This document shows positions 25,349 to 34,369 of a stretch of DNA of 34,369 nt, in pieces. The stretch's first letter is position 1, and the number at the start of each line of letters is the position of its first letter. Under the pieces are notes generated by a model. It was given only the letters and a program-made list of their open reading frames with translations. It was not told the origin of the DNA and ran no database searches. This DNA comes from a virus (lineage: Duplodnaviria; Caudoviricetes). Made by a program: the position numbers and the translations under genes. The stretch is taken from IMG/VR virus record IMGVR_UViG_3300037045_000029, positions 1-34,369 of that record, one strand, 5' to 3'.

Positions 25349-26235
25349 GATCGGGGGCTCGCCGAAAGCGTTCCGTTTAGGCGCATTGTGCGGACGGCCA
25401 TAATGGCATTGATTTGTCCAACAACATCACCGAGCTCCTGTCGAAACGTTTCAATCTTTTCCTTGTCGTAGTACCCGCCTTTTCTTACACGCGGGTCAAG
25501 ATGTTCATAGCCGCAACCGTCATCACTTTTTACCCCTTTTTGAATAAAGGCAAACGGCTTGAAAATTACCGAATCCATATAAAAATTTCCGCGCTCGCCT
25601 CGATACGAATTCATTTCTGGAAACATATTTGCCTTTATCAATTTCAGGCAGCTCTCTTTGGTGACCAAATTGCGCATACCGTTTGGCATGTTGCAACACA
25701 CCTCTAAAAGCGAATGGTATAACGTCTCGACAAAATGCTCAACAATAATAACGCCCCTGTGGCGATTCTTGACCTTTTTGTAATTATCCATCAAAAAACC
25801 CTTATCTCTTCCGCGCATCATGTTTATGGAGATGACAGCATCGTCGGCCAGAAGCCCCTGATAAACGTCAAATAGACTCATGGTTGTAACCATGCTAATA
25901 TCTTCGCTTAGCCCGCCGCAAAAGTCTGCTATCAGAACATTGGGGCGCATTTTTGAAAACCAACACGCCCTAACAACTGTCAAAAAATCACCCTTAAGGC
26001 ACAGTGCCCCTTTTCCCCTAAGGTGCTTTACTACCTCTTCTTCTCGGTCTATCGCTATTAAATTTGAAGGAGAAAAGCCGTGCTCAACCGCGATGGCTCT
26101 GTCGAGATCGTCTTTCCCGGCAAGGTACAAAACAATCGCGTCTATTGTTGGAATTGTGATCCGCTCTGAAATTCTGTTCCATTGCCATCTTCTCCAATTG
26201 TTTTTCGGCCCGTATTTGTACCCGTCAATCTTCAC
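25345..26235 (-). CDS. SAM-dependent methyltransferase-like protein
   Basis: GAAGGAGG RBS; Rossmann-like order 'IVLYLAG', 'LIAIDRE', 'KGDF', 'VLIADFCGG'; AT-richer than flanks. Confidence 0.55.
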   Translation of the reverse strand: MKIDGYKYGPKNNWRRWQWNRISERITIPTIDAIVLYLAGKDDLDRAIAVEHGFSPSNLIAIDREEEVVKHLRGKGALCLKGDFLTVVRACWFSKMRPNVLIADFCGGLSEDISMVTTMSLFDVYQGLLADDAVISINMMRGRDKGFLMDNYKKVKNRHRGVIIVEHFVETLYHSLLEVCCNMPNGMRNLVTKESCLKLIKANMFPEMNSYRGERGNFYMDSVIFKPFAFIQKGVKSDDGCGYEHLDPRVRKGGYYDKEKIETFRQELGDVVGQINAIMAVRTMRLNGTLSASPRS

Positions 26236-26318
26236 ATACCCTCCTTCAATTTATTCCCGCCGCCTCGGGTGCCCATCTCCAGAATCTGTGGATAATAGGC
26301 GAATTTAGCGGCGGGTTG

Positions 26319-26498
26319 TTAATCCTGTTTGAACCCGGCAATGCGGATGCTGGGCTCGCATCTTTCTTCGTCCGTTTCAAATTGCTTCTGCTTCGATCCG
26401 GGTTTCTTCTGCAGGGCCCCAAATCCATCCGGAATAAAACCGGAGACCTTGCAGATGTTCCCCTTGGCCTCCTCTTCGGCGTAGATGAGACGTTTCAT
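26319..26498 (-). CDS. Small hypothetical protein
   Basis: GGAGG RBS, MKRLIYAEEE...; ATG overlaps the upstream stop. Confidence 0.5.
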   Translation of the reverse strand: MKRLIYAEEEAKGNICKVSGFIPDGFGALQKKPGSKQKQFETDEERCEPSIRIAGFKQD

Positions 26499-26971
26499 CC
26501 CTCCACCTTTCCCGCGACGTAATTCGAGCAGTCGGCGATCCTCGACGGGTGGTATTCCTTGCAATCTGTGCCGTCTGATGCGGAAAGCGAGAACTGCGGG
26601 CAGATCGTGTTTGTGCAAGGCTTGACCTCGACCTCTGCACCTTGCGCCTCTGCCGCCAGTTTCGACTCTCTCAACTGAATGTTGAGCCACGCCCGGAAAG
26701 TCCCGCTGAACCCGGCCGCTAAGTATTCGCTGAACGTCGCCAGCGCCACACCCAGGTTCCGGTCGGCTTTGGTCGCCATCGATGCGGCGATGACTTCCAG
26801 CGAAGAACTCATCTTGTCGTCGATCCGATTCCGCTCTTCGAGCAAGTCGTGTTGATCGACCATATGCTCTTTGATCCACCCATCCGACACCTTGCCCTTT
26901 TTGACCGCTGAGAGAAGAATCACCCCGACGATTAGCGTCCACATTCCACATGCTACACCAAGAAAAAACAT
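26495..26971 (-). CDS. Membrane-anchored hypothetical protein with Cys-rich tail
   Basis: GGAGG RBS, N-terminal hydrophobic segment, C-terminal four Cys. Confidence 0.65.
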   Translation of the reverse strand: MFFLGVACGMWTLIVGVILLSAVKKGKVSDGWIKEHMVDQHDLLEERNRIDDKMSSSLEVIAASMATKADRNLGVALATFSEYLAAGFSGTFRAWLNIQLRESKLAAEAQGAEVEVKPCTNTICPQFSLSASDGTDCKEYHPSRIADCSNYVAGKVEG

Positions 26972-26998
26972 CCTATCCTCCCTTTGTTTTGCCACCCG

Positions 26999-27418
26999 TT
27001 ACGCGCCGAGCGGCGGAGCGCTTTCGATTATTTTTAATAGCTCAGGCTCGTTTTCGGTACACCATGCCACCATATCAACTTCGACTTCTTCCACCTTCTC
27101 ACACCGCCAGACGTGGTAGAGGTCAAGTATTTTTCCAGCGAAGTCTTGAGAGGCCGTGCGCATCTCTTCGGTTATTTCGCTACCGTCTTCTGGGTTACCC
27201 CAATCATCGTCCAGTATTTCGATTATGTTTTCTAAAACATACTTTCCAATCCTGTCTTTTGCGTTAGGCGGAATCTCGATTTGGGCGAACCCGTACACCT
27301 TCAACTTTCGCGGCACAACTTCCACTTCGTCAACGAAATATTGAATAGCGTCATCGACAGACTCGGCCGTCAACACTTCGTCAGATTCGTTGCAAGTCCA
27401 GTATTTTGCCTCTTTCAC
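26999..27418 (-). CDS. Acidic phage hypothetical protein
   Basis: GTG start after AAGGGGG; overlaps the upstream stop. Confidence 0.7.
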   Translation of the reverse strand: MKEAKYWTCNESDEVLTAESVDDAIQYFVDEVEVVPRKLKVYGFAQIEIPPNAKDRIGKYVLENIIEILDDDWGNPEDGSEITEEMRTASQDFAGKILDLYHVWRCEKVEEVEVDMVAWCTENEPELLKIIESAPPLGA

Positions 27419-27630
27419 GACCGCCCCCTTTCCCCACACTCTTTGGCGGCAGCGTCCCACAATTCAACCACCTTTTCCCGAACATTGATGATCGTTTTTA
27501 TCGATTTTGCATAGGTGGAGTCTTTGCTTTTTAACGAATTGTAGGAGTCTTGCGCCCTTGACAGGTCGCGTCTTGCATCCCTCAAATTGTCTGAAAGCCA
27601 CAGCGGCAGCAGATCACCAAAACCAATCAC
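27415..27630 (-). CDS. Hypothetical protein
   Basis: GAGGAGG RBS, GTG start at 27630 coupled to the upstream stop. Confidence 0.6.
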   Translation of the reverse strand: MIGFGDLLPLWLSDNLRDARRDLSRAQDSYNSLKSKDSTYAKSIKTIINVREKVVELWDAAAKECGERGRS

Positions 27631-27770
27631 ATCCACCTCCTCATCCAGTTTGAGTATTTTACCTTCGGCATCCTGCTCCGACTCTCGGCCTGCGCGACCA
27701 TCGAGACGATAATGCAGAGGACGAAAAAGCCGAGACACACGAAAGCCACATTCGTTAAAAGCTCGATCAT
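27627..27770 (-). CDS. Small membrane protein (47 aa, not in ORF track)
   Basis: MIELLTNVAFVCLGFFVLCIIVSMVAQAESRSRMPKVKYSNWMRRWM; 4 bp overlaps on both sides. Confidence 0.6.
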   Translation of the reverse strand: MIELLTNVAFVCLGFFVLCIIVSMVAQAESRSRMPKVKYSNWMRRWM

Positions 27771-28198
27771 TTCAACCCCCATACGATACAGGCGGCGTCT
27801 CTTGCGTGCTGGCTCGACCGCCCCTCGTATCCCGTCATTTTATTAAACTGCTCTGCCGTCAACTTCGTCAGCGACCGACTATTCGGCGTGACCGTCACGA
27901 CCTCGAACCCGTGATCCCGGCACCATTCGATTATCAAAGCCGCGTCTCTCTTATTCGACCCGACGTTCTGCGCCACGCGATTGTTCTTCTTGATCGTCAA
28001 CCCCCGGAAGAAAACCGGCTTATTCCCTCGCGGGTCTTCGATGTAGACCACGGGGCGGGGCTCATTGAAGACGTGGCTTGTCAGCTGCTGGATCAGTTCC
28101 CAGAAAGTGAACGTCTCAAGCCACAGATAGCCCGTTGCCGGTTTGTAAAGAGCGAAACCGCAAGAGACACCCGGATCGATGCCGATAAAAACTTTCAT
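27767..28198 (-). CDS. RuvC-like Holliday junction resolvase
   Basis: 'FIGIDPG', 'VVYIED', 'HARDAA'; ATG at 28198 after AGGAG. Confidence 0.85.
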   Translation of the reverse strand: MKVFIGIDPGVSCGFALYKPATGYLWLETFTFWELIQQLTSHVFNEPRPVVYIEDPRGNKPVFFRGLTIKKNNRVAQNVGSNKRDAALIIEWCRDHGFEVVTVTPNSRSLTKLTAEQFNKMTGYEGRSSQHARDAACIVWGLK

Positions 28199-28365
28199 CT
28201 CCTGCCACCATGCGGACACACGTGGCACGATGCCGGATGCTGCGCGATGCAATTCTGACACGGCGTTTTCTTCGACGCCGCCACCAGAAGCCCGACAATG
28301 AGGAGGACACCAGAGCCTCCCAGAAAGCACGTCACGATTCCAATCCACAAAAAGACCGTTGACAT
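28195..28365 (-). CDS. Small membrane protein with Cys motif (56 aa)
   Basis: AGGAGGAGG RBS; MSTVFLWIGIVTCFLGGSGVLLIVGLLVAASKKTPCQNC...CHVC. Confidence 0.65.
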   Translation of the reverse strand: MSTVFLWIGIVTCFLGGSGVLLIVGLLVAASKKTPCQNCIAQHPASCHVCPHGGRR

Positions 28366-28520
28366 TATTCCTCCTCCTGTAAAGACTTGAGTTGTTCGGA
28401 AATCTTCTTAAACTCAGGGTGATCCGTTTTCGCGAAGCGCTCGTAATCACCAAGAGTTTTTTGACATCCAGCGATCAGTTCGGCCTTACTTGGCTTTGTT
28501 TTTAGCGACGAGCTTTTCAA
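28365..28520 (-). CDS. Short ORF or frameshifted C-terminus of upstream gene
   Basis: Open frame ...KPSKAELIAGCQKTLGDYERFAKTDHPEFKKISEQLKSLQEEE*, whose TAA overlaps the next ATG. Confidence 0.4.
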   Translation of the reverse strand: MKSSSLKTKPSKAELIAGCQKTLGDYERFAKTDHPEFKKISEQLKSLQEEE

Positions 28521-28785
28521 GCTTGACGATCCTTTTGGCGGCCCATTTGATCATGCGCGCAATGCGGATGTCGATTTTTCCGAAGGCGGCCGGGTTTCTT
28601 TCTGTCACCATCATGATTGCGGCGTTTCTCGCGTCTGACTGCTGGGCGCGGGACATTCCAATAAAGTCCATCTTCTTCATCATCCACGACCCTACTTTCT
28701 CGGTCTTTTTATTCTGCACGTATCCTCCTCGGTTATGGTTAAAAGTCCGGCGGCCAGCTTTCTGAAAATGGCGTTTTCCCTTCAC
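28486..28785 (-). CDS. Basic hypothetical protein
   Basis: ORF track; true start may be the GTG after GAGGAGGA near 28719. Confidence 0.55.
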   Translation of the reverse strand: MKGKRHFQKAGRRTFNHNRGGYVQNKKTEKVGSWMMKKMDFIGMSRAQQSDARNAAIMMVTERNPAAFGKIDIRIARMIKWAAKRIVKLEKLVAKNKAK

Positions 28786-28814
28786 AGGTTAGATTGCCAG
28801 CCGCCGGTGGTTGG

Positions 28815-29315
28815 TTAGTTCTTTAATGCCTTGTGCGCCGCTGCATGGCAACCCCGACACAACCATTCAACAATTAGCGGTTTGGTATAGTCGGTGTGGT
28901 GCGCCTGGATTCTTTCGCGAGCTCCGCACTTGACGCAATTTTCAGGTTTTACAATTTCGCCCTTCCTCATTGCCATCAGAACCTCCATGCGGGCGCGGTA
29001 CTTTTCTGGAAACTTGCGCATTCCGTTTATGGTGGCTTTGTGAACCGCCAGCTTTCCAGCGTCTGTTTTCCTGTATTGATCTATCCGCCGGCAAACAGCA
29101 TCTTTGTTCAGGGAGTAGTGAATGCGATGGCATAGCCTGCGCTTGTCGCGATTTCTTTCGCCGTACTTGTTCCAACAAACGCGATTTGCTGCCAGCCGAC
29201 ACTCTTCGCCACAATACTTAGATTGGCTATGATTTGCCATAAAAATAGCCCCACAGTTTGAGCAAGCCACTTCCCTGAACCTGCTTTTGGCGCGATGTCT
29301 TACGGTTGAGCTCAT
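28815..29315 (-). CDS. HNH endonuclease, homing/free-standing type
   Basis: N-terminal CxxC...YCxxxC; C-terminal 'CVKCG....IQAHH.DY.KPL.VEWLCRGCH'. Confidence 0.85.
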   Translation of the reverse strand: MSSTVRHRAKSRFREVACSNCGAIFMANHSQSKYCGEECRLAANRVCWNKYGERNRDKRRLCHRIHYSLNKDAVCRRIDQYRKTDAGKLAVHKATINGMRKFPEKYRARMEVLMAMRKGEIVKPENCVKCGARERIQAHHTDYTKPLIVEWLCRGCHAAAHKALKN

Positions 29316-30709
29316 TGATTGTTTTTTACCTCGCCCTCTTCAATGTAGACCCCGGTTTTCGGATAAACTTTGCTGCCATCGGTTGCAATTTCTACGTCTT
29401 GAACTTTTTCGAGCCAGCACTGATAGTCCGCCGACTTCACCATCTCCTCAATGATCGCCATGTTCTTCGAGTCGATCAGCGACCCGTCCGTGATGCGCAA
29501 AACTCTGAGCTTCGGATTCATCGCCATGGCCATCGCGATGCTGGTGCGCAGCCGCTCGGCCGCACTGCACTGGCTGAAAGGGATGCCGTTGAACGTGACG
29601 CCGGTGTCTGAGAATCCGAGCCCGTCGACCGGGAACTTTGCGGATTTCAAGGCGGCTTCTTTCTCCGCGTCGAGCGCTTCAATTTTTGCAGTGTGGGCGT
29701 CGGCATTTTTTGTAACCTCTTCCAGGTCGCCGCGCAAGCGCTGCAGGGCCTGCTTGACGCGCACGTTGCTATTGACTGCCTCCGCGCCAGACATCTTGGC
29801 GTTGAGCGCTGCGGTGTCGGGGTCGACCAGCGCGGCTACTTCAACCTGAGAGGCTTCAAGCTTATCGTTGGCGTCGGACACGGCCTTTTCGAGCACCGGA
29901 ACACTCGCTTTTAAGCGCTCGATATCTGCCAGCCTGCGGGACTTTTCGCGCTCCAGCTCGGCCATGCGGCGGGCAATTTCGGCTTCCAGCTCGGAGTTGT
30001 GGCGATCAATGGCAACCGCCAAATCGTGATTTCTTTTCACAGCTGCATCCCGTTCGCTTTCCGCCTTCGCGGGAGCCTCGCGCCTCTTGTCATTGGCGCG
30101 TATCACAGCTTGGGCCGCGTTGATTTCTTCCGCGATGGCCGACAGCGACAGCTCCATATCCGGCGTGTCTTCCGGTACCACCGGAGCCATGGCGATCTTT
30201 GCCGATAGCAATTTGGCCACCTTGTTGACATCGGTCCTTGCGTCGCATTGCGCTTTTCTGTCGGCCGCGATCTTGTCCAGATCGATGCCCAGATCCACCA
30301 GCTTCAAGAGCGTTTCGCGCTGTTTCTTTTCGTCCATGTTCGCGAAGCTCAGCGGGTCGAAGGCGATCTTGCCGACCAGCCCATCGAGAATGGCCTGGGG
30401 TGATTTGTACGCTGCCCCCTCGCGAGTTTCAACTGCCAGGGTCGAACCGCTCGCCGTCCATTTGCGGGTGACGATATAGTCGCCGATGTCGAGCTTGACA
30501 AAGGCGCTTTTCTCCCCGTCGCGTATCGGCATGACGGTTCCGGTCGACTTCGACATCTCGCCGCCGCCCAGGGCCGCCCAGATGGCATCAAGGACGCTGG
30601 TCTTCCCTTGCGCGTTTGCCCCCGACACGATCATCATCGGATCAGTGGGCGTGATGTCGATGGCTTTGAGTCTCTTAAAATTCTCGGCTTGCAACTTGAC
30701 AACTTTCAT
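29312..30709 (-). CDS. SMC/Rad50/SbcC-like coiled-coil ATPase
   Basis: 'LQAENFKRLK', Walker A GANAQGKTS, long coiled coil, signature-like 'CSAAE', 'LRITDGSLID'. Confidence 0.88.
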   Translation of the reverse strand: MKVVKLQAENFKRLKAIDITPTDPMMIVSGANAQGKTSVLDAIWAALGGGEMSKSTGTVMPIRDGEKSAFVKLDIGDYIVTRKWTASGSTLAVETREGAAYKSPQAILDGLVGKIAFDPLSFANMDEKKQRETLLKLVDLGIDLDKIAADRKAQCDARTDVNKVAKLLSAKIAMAPVVPEDTPDMELSLSAIAEEINAAQAVIRANDKRREAPAKAESERDAAVKRNHDLAVAIDRHNSELEAEIARRMAELEREKSRRLADIERLKASVPVLEKAVSDANDKLEASQVEVAALVDPDTAALNAKMSGAEAVNSNVRVKQALQRLRGDLEEVTKNADAHTAKIEALDAEKEAALKSAKFPVDGLGFSDTGVTFNGIPFSQCSAAERLRTSIAMAMAMNPKLRVLRITDGSLIDSKNMAIIEEMVKSADYQCWLEKVQDVEIATDGSKVYPKTGVYIEEGEVKNNQ

Positions 30710-30735
30710 TCTGTTCTCCTAAAAAGGTGTAGTGA

Positions 30736-31602
30736 TTATTTACTGGAAACGAAACCCGGATCGCCCGCCACGGCGGCGAGAAACTCGTCGTTTTTGCTAT
30801 CGTCAGCGGAAATGGTGGTATCCTCGACCATCTCCGACACGTCCATCATGTCGATGATGCCGTCGAGCTCGGCGGCCTTGTGCTGCTGCATCTCGCCACG
30901 CTCCACGCGCTCCTCCTGCTCGATGGCGGTGTTCATTTCGACACTGCACGGCAGCGTCTTCATGTGCCGCCGAATCGCCGTCTTCTTGCGCATCTCTGGC
31001 TCGGCAAGCTCATCGGTCCACGGAGTCGCCCGCCCCTTCTGGCGCGCCAAAACCATCCTCTTGATATCATCGATGTGCTCGGAGTCCATCGTGTGAATAA
31101 AGTTTTTTCCATCCGACATCGTTACCACAGAATAGCCCAAAAGCTCCTTGCTTTTTTCGCGCTTCCAGCTTGGCCGGTGTAGCCAGTGCTGCCCTTTTTC
31201 ATCTTCGAAATAATCGAACTGGTCTTTTTCGAAAACGAGGGCGGCGCGGACATCCTGCACCATGCCGGAGTTGCGGGCCATCTGGATCATGCCCTTGTAC
31301 CCCAGCTGGTAGGTCAGTTTGCCCTTGTAGGGAATGAAGTAAATCAGCCCCATTGCCGGGTCAGGGTCCAGGCCGAACTTGACCGCCTGGAAGACGCACG
31401 GAAGAATGCTTTTTTTGTCCGTGACATAGGCGTCGGACAACTTCTGTTTCACGACATCTTCGAAAATCATCACGTAGCGGTCTTTGTTTTTGATATGGTG
31501 CGGTAAGGACCGCTTCACGATTTCCACGAACTTATCCCGCTTGTCCTGCCCGCCACACAACTGCACCATGTTCAAAATCCGGTCTACATTCGACTGCGCC
31601 AT
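30736..31602 (-). CDS. recT: RecT-family single-strand annealing protein
   Basis: 'GLDP...G.IYFIPY....YQLGYKGMIQMARNSG', 'EMRKKTAIRR..KTLP.S'. Confidence 0.92.
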   Translation of the reverse strand: MAQSNVDRILNMVQLCGGQDKRDKFVEIVKRSLPHHIKNKDRYVMIFEDVVKQKLSDAYVTDKKSILPCVFQAVKFGLDPDPAMGLIYFIPYKGKLTYQLGYKGMIQMARNSGMVQDVRAALVFEKDQFDYFEDEKGQHWLHRPSWKREKSKELLGYSVVTMSDGKNFIHTMDSEHIDDIKRMVLARQKGRATPWTDELAEPEMRKKTAIRRHMKTLPCSVEMNTAIEQEERVERGEMQQHKAAELDGIIDMMDVSEMVEDTTISADDSKNDEFLAAVAGDPGFVSSK

Positions 31603-31612
31603 CTCATTCTCC

Positions 31613-32269
31613 TCAGAAAAGGTATTTTGCGACTTCTTCATAAATCCGATATGTCAACTCGGAGTCTTTCATGCAATAGATCCCGATTTCTTCGCCTTTG
31701 CCGGATTCGATCAACTCGATGAATTTTGTGAAATCGTGATCGAGTTTCTTCTCGCCAAGGATAACGCTGGCGGCCACATCAAGGCTCATGTAAGCGCCGG
31801 TCTGCCAGTTGCACAACTCCTGCGCCACGTCGCAATGCGGGGCCGTTTGGTATTTTTTCATAAAGAACTTGCCACCGGGACAGCCTGACGGAAGCGCCAC
31901 CTTCAGGATCATGGCCCGCTTGAAAAGAAACGGGATGTCAAAGTTGAAACCGTTCCAGGTGCAAATCTCCGGCATACTGTCGCCAGTAATGCAGAGGTGC
32001 TCAAGGGCTCGCTCAATCAATCCGATCTCGGCAGAGTCTGATACCTCATCTATCACGTCGTAACCGCCACCCAGCGAGCCCCAGGTGGAGTAGGCGCAAA
32101 TCCGGCCGAAGAGGGGCGATAGTGCCATCTGGTCAATTTGTTTTCGGCGCTTCTCCTCGATTGCCGCGGCGATCTTGGCCGGGTCTTTGATGTTCCCCGG
32201 CGCTTCAGGTTCGGGTAAACAGTCGACCATGGCAATGTTGCTAATCGTCTCGATATCGATTGCTTTCAA
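31613..32269 (-). CDS. 3'-5' exonuclease, DnaQ/PolB-like (DEDDy)
   Basis: ExoI 'IDIET', ExoII 'WNGFNFDIPFL', ExoIII 'YCMKD'. Confidence 0.88.
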   Translation of the reverse strand: MKAIDIETISNIAMVDCLPEPEAPGNIKDPAKIAAAIEEKRRKQIDQMALSPLFGRICAYSTWGSLGGGYDVIDEVSDSAEIGLIERALEHLCITGDSMPEICTWNGFNFDIPFLFKRAMILKVALPSGCPGGKFFMKKYQTAPHCDVAQELCNWQTGAYMSLDVAASVILGEKKLDHDFTKFIELIESGKGEEIGIYCMKDSELTYRIYEEVAKYLF

Positions 32270-32281
32270 TTCGTCCTCCTG

Positions 32282-32647
32282 TTAAGCGTGACACATTTCG
32301 TTGCGTTCAATAAAAATCTTCTGTGTGCGATCGGTCCGATCTGCGGCCGTGTGGCAGTCCTGCCCCTCGCGATGACGGCGCTCGATCTCTTTCCCGAATT
32401 CTCCATAGTGAATAATCAAGCACTCCTTGCAAATCCCATGGGACGAAGAATCCCTCAGGTGCGGCACAGAGAGCCACGACCCGTCTTTCTGCTTCACGTC
32501 GTCGCAGTGCATGCAAACCTTCCCACCGTGGCACTTCAGGCAAACACCCTTATAGGTGATCCCGTCACAATGCCCGCGATTGTAGCAGTGGCCAAAGTGC
32601 CCGGTGGCGACTAAGAGATTTTTGATTAACGTGATGAGGCTTTTCAT
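32282..32647 (-). CDS. Cys/His-rich hypothetical protein
   Basis: GGGAG RBS; several CxxC motifs, 'SHGICKEC'. Confidence 0.65.
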   Translation of the reverse strand: MKSLITLIKNLLVATGHFGHCYNRGHCDGITYKGVCLKCHGGKVCMHCDDVKQKDGSWLSVPHLRDSSSHGICKECLIIHYGEFGKEIERRHREGQDCHTAADRTDRTQKIFIERNEMCHA

Positions 32648-32669
32648 ATCAACTCCCGGAAAAGATTTT

Positions 32670-32891
32670 TCAAACAACCGGCAGCAGGGCGACGCACGCC
32701 CCGCGCTTGATTTCTTCCCCGCACTTGTCACAGTAGCATTTTTTGTCTTCATGCTCGGCTACTTCGGCGCGAACCTCTTCGGCTCCCGAGTATCCGAATT
32801 TGGCCAGCATCTCGGCGGCCTTTTCTTTGTCAACCAGCGGCGACATTCTTTCGACTCTCAGATTTACAACTTCCATCTGTTCCCCTCTCAT
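32670..32891 (-). CDS. Small hypothetical protein with CxCxxC
   Basis: ORF track; likely start MEVVNL after GAGGGG. Confidence 0.55.
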   Translation of the reverse strand: MRGEQMEVVNLRVERMSPLVDKEKAAEMLAKFGYSGAEEVRAEVAEHEDKKCYCDKCGEEIKRGACVALLPVV

Positions 32892-32947
32892 ATTGGCGGT
32901 TTAGGTTTTGTATCGAACACTTTTTCGCGTGGCAGGTAAATAAAAAA

Positions 32948-33292
32948 CTATTGAACTCTGGACCATTCAAATTCGACACCGCCGTTGCGGCTCTCACGGG
33001 TGTGTCGCCGGAAGTTTCCAGTCTGCTTGAACCCGGCCTTCTTCATTCTCGGCACGAGGACTGAGCCCCAATAATTCACGTTGTCCGGCTCATGCGCGGC
33101 CATCATCCTAAGCTCGGAAAACCAGAATCGGCTGGGCATCTGCATGGCAACGTGCATCATCTCGCGGACCCACATTTCTTTAGCCGGGAGGAAGAGCTCC
33201 ATCTGCATGGGGTCACGCTCCTGACGGTCCACAATCACGCGAACGGTGGTCGACTTGCCGAGGCGGATTGATGAGACGGTGGTGGTTTTCAC
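32948..33292 (-). CDS. Hypothetical protein (possible winged-helix)
   Basis: GTG start overlapping the upstream stop; 'P...N.WG......K.G...TG......SR.GG...W'. Confidence 0.65.
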   Translation of the reverse strand: MKTTTVSSIRLGKSTTVRVIVDRQERDPMQMELFLPAKEMWVREMMHVAMQMPSRFWFSELRMMAAHEPDNVNYWGSVLVPRMKKAGFKQTGNFRRHTRESRNGGVEFEWSRVQ

Positions 33293-33462
33293 TTCTCACC
33301 CCCACAGACAACGCCCGTCAGCGGACACTCTATCACACAAGCCCCGACATTGTACCCGTGTTCCTTCGCGTGGTAGCAAGCCGGGTTGCATCCCGGGCGA
33401 CCGGCTCCGGGGCAGGGTTTGCGCATATCGGCTTTGGGCGGTGTGATTGGTCGGATGGTCAT
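33289..33462 (-). CDS. Small Cys-rich protein (57 aa, not in ORF track)
   Basis: MTIRPITPPKADMRKPCPGAGRPGCNPACYHAKEH...; 4 bp overlaps on both sides. Confidence 0.55.
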   Translation of the reverse strand: MTIRPITPPKADMRKPCPGAGRPGCNPACYHAKEHGYNVGACVIECPLTGVVCGGEK

Positions 33463-34004
33463 GCTGCGGCCCTCTTTCCTGTTTTCTTCTCTCTGGCATC
33501 GATGAGAGTCGCCAGATATTTTTTGCAGAATCCGGCAAAATTATTATCCCGGTTCGGATAAAGACCTTCGATGAAATGATCGTAAATTGGAGACCATGTT
33601 TTCGGCCTGCCGAGACGGTGCCAGTGTTCCAGGTCCATCGGCGGGCAAGACGGATGGTTGTATTTTGCGAGACCGCGGTCGTGCCACCCTTTGATCTCAT
33701 TTAGGACCGCGAAGAAAGCTGCGGAGCATTCGCCCATCCCTTCCTCGTTTTTGCCGAAGTCGACCGGGTGCTGATTCTTTGCGCACTCCTGCCGATTGTA
33801 GTCGTGGAAAATACCGATCAAAGGAAATCGGGCACCATTCAACGGCCTCCATTCGTTTTTGATCCGTTTGCAGATGGTTCTAAAAGCATCCTCTGAAATG
33901 TGGCTCAGCTCGTTGTAGAACTCGTCTACCACCGCCGGTTGGATTGTCGTGAATAGGCAGGCGGCAAGCGATTCGATTTCGCCGATGAAAAACGTCTGGT
34001 TCAC
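33459..34004 (-). CDS. Replication-associated protein (helicase-loader/inhibitor-like)
   Basis: Follows the initiator; 'FYNELSHISEDAF...C.......RFP' helical N-terminus. Confidence 0.5.
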   Translation of the reverse strand: MNQTFFIGEIESLAACLFTTIQPAVVDEFYNELSHISEDAFRTICKRIKNEWRPLNGARFPLIGIFHDYNRQECAKNQHPVDFGKNEEGMGECSAAFFAVLNEIKGWHDRGLAKYNHPSCPPMDLEHWHRLGRPKTWSPIYDHFIEGLYPNRDNNFAGFCKKYLATLIDAREKKTGKRAAA

Positions 34005-34369
34005 TTTTGCCCCTTGTTGGCGTAAAATTCTTTCATCTGGTCACTGAGTGACTGTTTTTTGTTTGGCCCTTTACTCGACCGTTCGGCCTGCTTCGCCCAA
34101 TCGACAGACCACGCCCCATCGGCCAGCCAGTTCTGCGGCTGCTTCACAAACTGCCCGCACGTCTCACTCTTAATGCAATATTCGCGGTAGGCCACGGCGG
34201 AGGCTATAAGCGCCTCTGCGGACACGTTCGGCTGATCCTTGCGTAGTCTCGCCCACGCTTGCCCGCTCAGGTAGTCCCACGCGGTCCACTCGACAGGTCC
34301 AGCGGCGAGGAAGGTGGCGTGGGAGGATTGGAACGGTTTTGCGGTTTCCCCCGCTCCCCCTTCTAATAC
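34001..34369 (-). CDS. Replication initiator, C-terminal part (5' truncated by window)
   Basis: Frame open to the window edge; 'AW..L....LI....AY...C......FVKQPQNWL...W' matches phage initiator C-terminal domains. Confidence 0.65.
   Translation of the reverse strand, partial: VLEGGAGETAKPFQSSHATFLAAGPVEWTAWDYLSGQAWARLRKDQPNVSAEALIASAVAYREYCIKSETCGQFVKQPQNWLADGAWSVDWAKQAERSSKGPNKKQSLSDQMKEFYANKGQK

Overview
About 34 kb of a temperate, HK97/lambda-like siphophage genome, apparently in its non-integrated form: an intact attP carrying the 3' half of an initiator tRNA-Met lies next to a tyrosine integrase, with phage genes on both sides. The + strand (1-19970) holds terminase, portal, protease, capsid, neck, tail (with a G/GT -1 frameshift), tape measure, tail tip/fibre, a GT32-like glycosyltransferase and lysis genes. 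The - strand (23216-34369) holds early genes: int, xis, an MTase-like gene, a RuvC-like resolvase, an HNH, an SMC/Rad50-like ATPase, RecT, a 3'-5' exonuclease and replication genes. The most striking feature lies at about 20370-22050: five small genes, each ending in a 126-141 bp attC-like imperfect hairpin (AAC...GTT cores, compensatory changes, G.T wobbles all on one strand). They form an integron-like cassette array downstream of a strong promoter and a divergent small regulator, with no IntI gene in the window. Every ORF reads through its own attC-like site in the same frame, so the hairpin loop encodes the (mostly Cys-rich) C-terminus. All product calls come from motif and synteny recognition by eye; no searches were run.
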